From Candidatus Magasanikbacteria bacterium RIFOXYC2_FULL_42_28 (GTDB taxonomy: Bacteria > Patescibacteriota > Patescibacteriia > Magasanikbacterales > GWA2-37-8): DNA of 64,000 nt. The notes beneath the pieces are model-generated. The model did no database searches, was not told the origin of the DNA, and was given only the letters and a program-made list of their open reading frames with translations. This document shows, piece after piece, positions 57,601 to 64,000 of this stretch (positions are counted from its first letter, which is position 1; each line of letters opens with the position of its first letter). The stretch spans positions 11,324 through 75,323 of the forward strand of contig MFQZ01000009.1 in the NCBI GenBank assembly GCA_001784435.1. The letters run 5' to 3'. The position numbers and the translations under genes were made by a program.

Positions 57601-60600
57601 ATCTTTCGGTTGATTATGGTAGTACTTGGGTTGCTAAAGCCAGTGCCAATGATTGGGACAGCGTGGTTATGTCGGCTGATGGGCGGGTAGTATTGGCCGG
57701 AGTGAATAGTGGCAATCTTTATCTTTCCACTAATTACGGCTATTCTTGGACAACCACTACCGCTCCGACCGGAGCTTGGAGCGCGGTCGGTATGGATGGC
57801 GATGGTAAATATCAAGTGGCCGGAATTTCGGGTGGGGCGTTATATATATCTGGTGATTATGGTTCCACTTGGGCCACTTCAACGTCAGCTACGAGTGGGG
57901 TTTGGTATGATATTGACGTTACGGCCGATGGCGCTACGGTGGTTGCAACGGACAATGTCGCGGGGTATTATATCAATCAGGCCGATCAGTTTAGTTTAAA
58001 AAATATTGCGATTGGCGCGACTACGGTTGCCAGCGGTTTGGCGCTTGATGTTACCGGTGTTGGTTCTTTTTCCGGTAATTTATCGGTTGGTGGCGGTTTA
58101 ACTGTTACCGGTAATGCTACCAGCACTAATTTTATTGCGACCGGCAATGTTGGAATTGGCACCACAACACTTACCGAAAGATTAAATGTTAAAGGTAATA
58201 TTAATTTGGTCGGCAATCTTAATTTAGCAACCGGTACGATAAAATATTCCGGCAGTAATTTATTGTCAATTACCGGTGGCGCGTCATCAGTTGCTTTAGG
58301 GGTAAATGCCGGGCACAGTGCAACCGGCACAGGTAATGTGTTTGTTGGCAGTGGAGCCGGCCAAAACAATGATTCTGGTTATAACAATACTTTTATTGGT
58401 CTTAATGCCGGGCAGACTAATACCTCATCGGCCGGGAACACCTTTATCGGGGCGACCGCTGGCGCTAGCAACACATCTGGTAGTAGTAATGTCTTTGTTG
58501 GTTCGGGGGCGGGGGGGCTTAACACTACCGGTCTGGGTAATTCGTTTTTTGGTGCTCAAGTGGCCAGTGCCAATACCAGCGGTAGCATTAATTCGTTTTT
58601 TGGAGCCTACGCCGGCATTGCTAATACTGAAGGCGGCAATAATTCGTTTTTTGGAGCATACGCCGGCACTGCCAACATTACCGGTAATTATAATGTATTT
58701 ATTGGCGAATACGCCGGATCAAGTGTTACTTCCGGGTATTCCAATACTTTTTTGGGCGCGCGCTCTGGTTATTTGAATATTATTGGGGCCGGTAATGTGT
58801 TTTTAGGCAATCAAGCCGGTTATAACGAGACAGGCTCTAATAAATTATATATTGCCAATTCCAACACAGATTCGCCTTTGATTTATGGTGATTTTAGCGC
58901 GAGTGCCTTGACGATAAATGGAAGTTTAACGGTGTCATCAACTAACACTTCTACTTTTAATAGTAGCATTAATATCACCAGCGGATGTTTCGCGGTCGGT
59001 GGAAATTGTTTGTCAGACGGCACTACTCTTAATACCACCGTGCTTAATGTTAGTAGTACTCTTACCACCAACAGCACCACAATTTTGGTTGGTAATAATT
59101 ATTTTAATTTTACCGGGGCAAATATTGGTGGAAATGATTATGCGTCTTTATCTATCGGTAATGGCGCATCTTCCACTAACGGAGCGGTAGCAATTTGGGG
59201 TGATACCACGGTTGGGCCAAGATTTATGTTAGTGGCGACCACATCCGCGCCTTCTGCCACTGTTGGCGATAGTCCGATTTTTGTCGTTGATATGACTAGT
59301 GGTTATGCGCGCGTGGATATTGGCAGTACCGGTAACGCCAAATCAGGATTGTTAAGATTATATGATAACGCCGGTGTGAATAAAATTTATTTGAGCGCCA
59401 GTTCTACCGACGGCGATTCGTTTGTGTTGGATAATTTTTTAGTGGGCGCGAATTCCGAGAGTATTGCCAACACTGGTTTTGTTTTAACTAATAACAACAG
59501 TTTATACACCGAAGGCGATTTGGGTGTTAATGGTAATATTTATACCGACGGGGCAATTTATATTTCTGGCACTTCTACTTTGGCTATTACCACTATTACC
59601 GCCTTAACTGTATCTGGAGATGTAACTCTATCTACCTCCACTATCTTTTTAAATAATGTTGGCAGCTTCACCAGCTCAACCGCTTTTATTTTTAATGTTG
59701 CTAATTTTTCTTTGTCTGCCGCTGATAGATATATTTTGTCTTTACGTTCTAATAACGCACCAGTATTTTCCGTCTCCGCCAATGGTGATGTTAATACAGT
59801 AGGTAGTTTGCATGCGTTTTCAGCCACTGTTGGGGCCGATGGTAATCCCGGTGACTTGGCCGAACGCGTTGATATTGCCGTTGATGATATCGCCGAAGCT
59901 GGCGATGTGGTCGTGGTTGATCCAAATAATATTGATACCTATCGCCGTAGTAGTGAGGCATATAGTCAATCCGTGGCTGGAGTAATTTCTACCGCTCCAA
60001 CCATCGTAGTTGGTGATGGTAAAACTGATTACACCGCTGTCATGGCTATGATTGGTCGCGTGCCAGTTAAAATTTCCAGTGAAAACGGCGCGATTAAGCG
60101 TGGTGATTTATTAGTGTCGGCATCGCTTCCCGGTTACGCGATGAAATATAATCCGGAAGATGATAATGGTTTGAAGATGGTGGGTATTGTGGGTGTGGCT
60201 TTGGATAGTTTTGCCGATGTCGGCGGAACCGGGAAAATTATGGCTTTAATCCGCACCGGTTGGGTCAATTCGCGTGGGCAAACTATCAATGATATTAAGA
60301 GTGACTTAGAAACTTTGGCGCAGAGTCAAGGTGTGAATATTAATTCTAATCCAAGTGATTTGACAGTGGAGCCAAGTGGCGGTAATTTGGTGTATAGCAG
60401 TGGTAATTTGAATTTACATGGTGGCAGTTTGTTGGGCGTAGCGGCGATTTCCGGCTTGAATGGTCGGTGGGAAATAAACGCTGATGGTTGGTTTATCACG
60501 CGCGTTGACACCACGAGTGGGCAAAAAGAAATGTATGGTTTGCAATCACCGGCCGCGGAATTTGTATTTTCCAGCTCATCACAGTTGATGAATGGTGAAG

Positions 60601-61106
60601 CGCGGGTTACTTTTGATGTTGCCGCGCAGGAAATTATTGATACGGACGCGATATTAAAAGTAAGTGTAACTTTAACATCGGGCGAAGCAATGGGTGTGTA
60701 TGTAACTGATAAAAATGCGACTGGTTTTACGGTAAAAGAAGTAGGGAATGGCACAAGTAACGCGACTTTTGATTGGGTGGTGGTGGTAAAGCAAAAAGAT
60801 CCCAATACTCCGGTAAGCGCGCCGGTTAGTGAACCAATAATAGACACGCCCGTTTCCTCTGGCGATTCTAGCGGTTCGTCAACCACCTTAACCACCGAAA
60901 CGCCACTGGTTATTGAATCAACCACAACCTCAACTACTGAGCCAGCGCCAGCACCGGTTGAAATCCTAACCCAGGAACCGACTGCCACAGTTGAGCCAAC
61001 ACCAGAAACAACGCCTGTGCCTGAACCAGCGCCGGTAGTTGTTGAGCCCACCCCTGAACCAGCGCCAGCACCGGTTGAAATTCCATCCTCGGAACCAGCA
61101 CCTTGA
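54603..61106 (+). CDS. Giant modular adhesin/fibre: LVIVD-like propeller, BNR-like propeller, GxNN.F.G repeats, chaperone-like domain, Pro/Glu tail
   Basis: Seven VSGRY repeats, S.DYG.TW repeats, GIGTT joints, GDLAE..GRVPVK..GDLL. Confidence 0.85.
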   Translation: MIMAIIGLKNLLKLSSRIFVISAIFLSAIFSLWLWQNSAVAAIAPSVITYQGKVLVSGSPASSTLSMKFVLYDSLTGGTALYTASGTLPTTSTISITPSSGIFSVDLGGSGTNTIDPTIFQNNSSVYLEVTIGSQTLTPRKQITAAPYAFNAKYLDGLATSSFAKLGSNETVTGTWTFSATTTMVTTTVSGRLGIGTTTPDQALTVVGSISNPVNGNSGITEIATLSTGNDPFAIFVSGRYAYVANSASSTMTIIDISKPTVPVQVATVSVGNSPRSVFVSGRYAYVGNYGHGTISIVDVSNPFSPVVVATQQDLPGIPSSIFISGRYLYTTLQGQDILAVVDISDPLTPVLAAAVTVGDYPQSVFVSGRYAYVANRASGTISVVDISNPLSPVQIATTSVGVWPSSIAVSGRYAYVAHDSDLFISVVDVSNPAIPVQVATTSVGFVQSSVFVSGRYAYFSTGITANDLGNLSVVDILNPLVPVLVATTPVGKNPQSVFVSGRYAYVANAGPLAGNGGENTISIIDLSGAEFSTLIAHSAEVGQIQSRNDIIAQGIVGANSLQIGSGGILSNGPISITATDTYSYFGGGITATGTVTTTNLAVIGNATFGGTLSLGNTDITGNLTVSGNATTTGNQVISGTLNISGTSTLVTTTATALTVTGTSTLTNISSTGISNLGTLNVSGSTILSGTLNVTGTSTLATTTISKLTISSQGIIISSSTPVVTSSTLYNVGDTLYWNGNALSTSTGSGLPSSIDGQILFSAGSTWTATSAISIVSTTGNVGIGTTNPGTLLTVHNTNIASATSSTLKQSYLSVDQMALSQLEGGAYFGRTKIKNNNWVVQVADNFVLSEAPLSMKGSAGSADGEILAIVLDGNQIGLFSGFDADVQLVASVQNWEDIAMSVDGKIMSAVIDNGGIHRSIDYGATWATSSALTKNWTGIAMSADGKYQTAVATGDSVYISADFGVTWIAKDSSRAWTGVAMSSDGKLQIATVSSTGNIYLSVDYGSTWVAKASANDWDSVVMSADGRVVLAGVNSGNLYLSTNYGYSWTTTTAPTGAWSAVGMDGDGKYQVAGISGGALYISGDYGSTWATSTSATSGVWYDIDVTADGATVVATDNVAGYYINQADQFSLKNIAIGATTVASGLALDVTGVGSFSGNLSVGGGLTVTGNATSTNFIATGNVGIGTTTLTERLNVKGNINLVGNLNLATGTIKYSGSNLLSITGGASSVALGVNAGHSATGTGNVFVGSGAGQNNDSGYNNTFIGLNAGQTNTSSAGNTFIGATAGASNTSGSSNVFVGSGAGGLNTTGLGNSFFGAQVASANTSGSINSFFGAYAGIANTEGGNNSFFGAYAGTANITGNYNVFIGEYAGSSVTSGYSNTFLGARSGYLNIIGAGNVFLGNQAGYNETGSNKLYIANSNTDSPLIYGDFSASALTINGSLTVSSTNTSTFNSSINITSGCFAVGGNCLSDGTTLNTTVLNVSSTLTTNSTTILVGNNYFNFTGANIGGNDYASLSIGNGASSTNGAVAIWGDTTVGPRFMLVATTSAPSATVGDSPIFVVDMTSGYARVDIGSTGNAKSGLLRLYDNAGVNKIYLSASSTDGDSFVLDNFLVGANSESIANTGFVLTNNNSLYTEGDLGVNGNIYTDGAIYISGTSTLAITTITALTVSGDVTLSTSTIFLNNVGSFTSSTAFIFNVANFSLSAADRYILSLRSNNAPVFSVSANGDVNTVGSLHAFSATVGADGNPGDLAERVDIAVDDIAEAGDVVVVDPNNIDTYRRSSEAYSQSVAGVISTAPTIVVGDGKTDYTAVMAMIGRVPVKISSENGAIKRGDLLVSASLPGYAMKYNPEDDNGLKMVGIVGVALDSFADVGGTGKIMALIRTGWVNSRGQTINDIKSDLETLAQSQGVNINSNPSDLTVEPSGGNLVYSSGNLNLHGGSLLGVAAISGLNGRWEINADGWFITRVDTTSGQKEMYGLQSPAAEFVFSSSSQLMNGEARVTFDVAAQEIIDTDAILKVSVTLTSGEAMGVYVTDKNATGFTVKEVGNGTSNATFDWVVVVKQKDPNTPVSAPVSEPIIDTPVSSGDSSGSSTTLTTETPLVIESTTTSTTEPAPAPVEILTQEPTATVEPTPETTPVPEPAPVVVEPTPEPAPAPVEIPSSEPAP

Positions 61107-61146
61107 CGAAATTGAAAGTTGATTGTATAATCTAATTGTTTTTTAA

Positions 61147-61217
61147 GGGCCCGTAGTATAACGGTAATACACGTCCATGGCATGGATGAGTTAAGGGTTC
61201 GATTCCCTTCGGGTCCA
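61147..61217 (+). tRNA. tRNA-Ala(GGC)
   Basis: G3:U70 pair; CGTCC-ATGGCAT-GGATG with A32-U38; GGTTCGATT. Confidence 0.93.
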
Positions 61218-61255
61218 CAAAACTTCCTGTTCAAGGAAGTTTTTTAAAAAATTTT

Positions 61256-62407
61256 ATGTCTTTTTCCATCGGGATTGTCGGATTGCCAAATGTCGGTAAA
61301 TCAACTTTATTTAATGCTTTGACGCGCAGTAAGCAAGCGGACGCTGCCAATTATCCTTTTTGCACTATTGATCCGAATGTGGGCGTAGTCGCGGTTCCGG
61401 ATGAGCGGTTAGCAAAGTTATCCGAAATTTCTAAATCAAAAAAAATTATCCCAACGGTGATTGAATTTGTGGATATTGCCGGTTTGGTAAAAGGCGCGAG
61501 CGAAGGCGAGGGTTTGGGTAATAAATTTTTATCACATATTCGCGAAGTGGACGCCATCGCGCAAGTAGTGCGCGCGTTTTCGGATAGTAATGTTATTCAT
61601 GTGAATAATAAAGTGGACCCAAAGAATGATAGCGAGGTGATTAATTTAGAATTGGCGTTGGCGGATTTACAAGTTGTTACCAAAAGATTAAGCACTGCCA
61701 AAAAAGATACCAAAGGTTCGGTGGCAAAAGACAAAGAAAAAGAAATTGAATTATTGACAAAAATTAATGCCCAGCTCGAGGCCGGCAAACCGGCGCGCGC
61801 GTTAGAATACAATGATGATGAAAAAATAATTTTAAAAAAATTACAGCTGTTGACAGCCAAACCGATGTTGTATGTGGTGAATACTGACGAAGGGGGCGGA
61901 ATTTCACCAATTGTTACTCCGACGACGAAGGAGGAATCTCTATCCCAATTGATTGCCAATGGAGATCCCTCGTCCCGACTAAGTCGGGAGTCCTCGCTCG
62001 GGATGACAACGCAAATAAACGTTTGTGCCAAGTTGGAAGCGGAATTGGCAGATTTGAGTGTGGAGGAAGCCAAAGAATATTTAAAAACTGCTGGCATTAC
62101 CGAAACCGGTTTGGATAAATTAGTTGTCGCCAGTTACAAATTATTGGATTTAATAACTTTTCTAACTTCGGGCGAACCGGAAACGCGCGCTTGGACGGTA
62201 AAAAATGGCGCGAGGGCCCCGGAAGCGGCCGGAGTCATTCACACGGATTTTATCAAAGGTTTTATTAAAGCCGATGTTTGTGACTGGCAAGATTTTGTTA
62301 CGCACCACGGTTGGTCAAAAATAAAAGAAACCGGAAAACTCCGATTAGAGGGAAAAGATTATGTCGTGAGAGATGGAGATGTTGTGTATTTCCATGTTAG
62401 TACCTGA
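61256..62407 (+). CDS. ychF: YchF ATPase with a 33-codon repeat insertion
   Basis: GIVGLPNVGKST, NYPFCTIDPN, DIAGLVKGAS, GVIHTDF, GKDYVVRDGD. Confidence 0.96.
   Translation: MSFSIGIVGLPNVGKSTLFNALTRSKQADAANYPFCTIDPNVGVVAVPDERLAKLSEISKSKKIIPTVIEFVDIAGLVKGASEGEGLGNKFLSHIREVDAIAQVVRAFSDSNVIHVNNKVDPKNDSEVINLELALADLQVVTKRLSTAKKDTKGSVAKDKEKEIELLTKINAQLEAGKPARALEYNDDEKIILKKLQLLTAKPMLYVVNTDEGGGISPIVTPTTKEESLSQLIANGDPSSRLSRESSLGMTTQINVCAKLEAELADLSVEEAKEYLKTAGITETGLDKLVVASYKLLDLITFLTSGEPETRAWTVKNGARAPEAAGVIHTDFIKGFIKADVCDWQDFVTHHGWSKIKETGKLRLEGKDYVVRDGDVVYFHVST
61911..62009. repeat. Family A full element in-frame in ychF
   Basis: 99 bp, near-identical to intergenic 10871..10969. Confidence 0.93.
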
Positions 62408-62438
62408 TTATTCTTATGGAGTTAGAATAAGTATTAAT

Positions 62439-62551
62439 AATTTCAAAATCTAAATTTCCAATGTCAAATCAATGTCAAAATCTTAATGTCAAATTTAGTA
62501 TTTGAGCTTTGGATTTGATTTGACATTGGAAATTGGAAATTTGACATTTCG
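62439..62551 (-). repeat. Family B palindrome, reverse orientation, after the methyltransferase stop
   Basis: Reverse complement matches the other four copies. Confidence 0.9.
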
Positions 62552-63742
62552 CTATACTTTTTTGAACCTCCAAATCTCCCGCCCTACTCGCTGTCCCGGC
62601 CGGCCATACAACAAGTATGGCTTTTTTTGTTGAAGCGAGACCGTTTTAAATCCTAAATTATTTATTTCCGATTCGCAATTAATCGTGATCCACTGCCCGC
62701 GTGAAAAAAAACGGGGAATAATAAAAATTACTGTGCCATCTTTTTTTAACAATTTTGTAAACGCGCGAAAAGCATTTAAATACAAGGTTTTTAATTCGCC
62801 AACTTGTAATCGTAACTCGCTTTCGCTTTCACGTCCGGTTAATGGTTTTCCTAAATATGATTCGGTGATGATTGTGTCAATTGAATGGGGTTTTATTTTT
62901 TTCTCTAAATTATCAATATCAATATTGTAAATTGGAAATTGAGAATTGATTGGAAATTTGAAATTTGAAATTGGAAATTGCCGTGCCGTCCACTCCACAT
63001 TTTTTCGTGTATCCGCTATCGCTTTTTCAGATATATCACTCCCGATTAAATTTTTATAACCCAAAATCATCGCCTCGGTCAAAATTGTCCCCGAACCACA
63101 AAATGGATCGAGCAAGGTCGCGTCCAAATCTGCTTGCGCCAAATTTATCATCATCATCGCCAACTTCGGCGGCAACATGCCCGAAAAATCATCGCGTCCC
63201 GGTCGTCCAAAGTCGCGCGCGCCTAATTCTTCAAACGGTTGAATGGCAATTGTTTTGGCCAAAGCAAAACCGTCAGCAGTTTTGGTGATTAAAAACTCCC
63301 GTCCTTTAGTAGTGAGTTGGTTGTGAAATACGGTTGCCGAAGATAACTGGTTATGTTCATCGCTCGGCACATAACGCACTGACAGGCCATTCTTTTTCAA
63401 TTCTTTTTTTATGTCCAAGGCAAATGGCTTAACGCCAATTTGTCCGGACTTATCATATAAACTGATGCCAAAATGGATTTTGCCGGTAATGGTTTGCAGT
63501 TCTGCAATAATTTTTTCTTTTAATTCGTTTTCTGTTAATTCCGAGCCGACCTCTTCGGCGATCTTAATTGTTCCGCCTAAACGTTTAATTAAATCGGTTT
63601 CCACGGCCGTATTAATTTTTAAAATATTTTCCGCCAAAAATTTAACCGCTTCATTTGGTAATTTTAAAACCGTGGTGATTTCCGCCGTGGATATTTCCGG
63701 TTCTCGTCCTAAAACAAACCAAGTGAAATTATTTTTTTTCAT
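62552..63742 (-). CDS. Trm11/THUMP-like SAM-dependent RNA methyltransferase
   Basis: GMLPPKLA, LLDPFCGSGT, GSDIS, TESYLG. Confidence 0.8.
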   Translation of the reverse strand: MKKNNFTWFVLGREPEISTAEITTVLKLPNEAVKFLAENILKINTAVETDLIKRLGGTIKIAEEVGSELTENELKEKIIAELQTITGKIHFGISLYDKSGQIGVKPFALDIKKELKKNGLSVRYVPSDEHNQLSSATVFHNQLTTKGREFLITKTADGFALAKTIAIQPFEELGARDFGRPGRDDFSGMLPPKLAMMMINLAQADLDATLLDPFCGSGTILTEAMILGYKNLIGSDISEKAIADTRKNVEWTARQFPISNFKFPINSQFPIYNIDIDNLEKKIKPHSIDTIITESYLGKPLTGRESESELRLQVGELKTLYLNAFRAFTKLLKKDGTVIFIIPRFFSRGQWITINCESEINNLGFKTVSLQQKKPYLLYGRPGQRVGREIWRFKKV

Positions 63743-64000
63743 AGGGTAGTACTGGTAGTGGCGCTGGTCGTGGTAGTGGCATCAGCATAATTAAAAATAT
63801 CGCGCGGATTGGCTGGCCATTCGGTCGTAGTGGATTTTAACAGTAAATTTTTTTGCGCTTGTTCATAAGCCGTGATGTCCACCGCGTCCGTTGACGGCGT
63901 TGATTCCCAGACCGCAATCGCGGCGGTGTTGGAAATCGTAGTATAGATATTACTATAAATGAACCAGATTGAAAATAGCGCGCTACCAAACATCGCGCCG
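63739..64000 (-). CDS. Membrane-anchored hypothetical protein (probably 5'-partial)
   Basis: Frame appears open to the window edge; TM segment; stop overlaps the next start. Confidence 0.5.
   Translation of the reverse strand, partial: GAMFGSALFSIWFIYSNIYTTISNTAAIAVWESTPSTDAVDITAYEQAQKNLLLKSTTTEWPANPRDIFNYADATTTTSATTSTTL

Noticed and set aside
60326-61234. 302-aa antisense ORF
   Set aside because: Shadow of the Pro/Thr-rich adhesin tail; it also crosses tRNA-Ala.
1-64000. Recoded TGA (genetic code 25), prophage, IS transposase, DGR or rRNA
   Set aside because: rlmH, holA and ychF end at TGA at the expected lengths; no phage structural, transposase, RT or rRNA signatures were recognised.

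Overview
Bacterial chromosomal window spanning the replication origin: dnaN-dnaA / rpmH-rnpA-yidD, DnaA-box clusters with a DnaA-trio unwinding module, a visible C-rich to G-rich strand switch near 17-18.5 kb, and two parS sites at 47.1 kb. Gene content and style suggest Patescibacteria/CPR (inference): AT-rich leaders without SD, TrmB-like regulators, HTH-LAGLIDADG-like gene beside a tRNA, giant surface proteins. TGA is used as a stop. Housekeeping genes include tgt, rlmH, lspA, a ComM-like ATPase, a class A PBP, nfo, tig, hppA, polA, holA, rpsT, rmuC, ychF and 4 tRNAs. Most notable: (1) a GTCAT...ATGAC palindromic repeat family whose copies flank a small GIY-YIG nuclease as direct repeats and are also translated in-frame inside Tgt, PolA, YchF and a surface protein; (2) a second ~110-bp heptamer-built palindrome always oriented with transcription, with in-frame fragments in proteins; (3) two promoter-driven structured ncRNA candidates without a convincing ORF (7.4 kb and 44.6 kb); (4) an HTH-LAGLIDADG-like ORF whose stop codon lies in the anticodon loop of tRNA-Arg; (5) an integrase-free 4-kb island bounded by a duplicated holA 5' end and carrying an outer-membrane beta-barrel-like protein; (6) a class of GC-rich, SD-led orphan genes, two with microsatellites in their promoter spacers; (7) an unexplained 28-bp palindrome clustering with DnaA boxes and parS. 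All calls are by eye; no searches were run.
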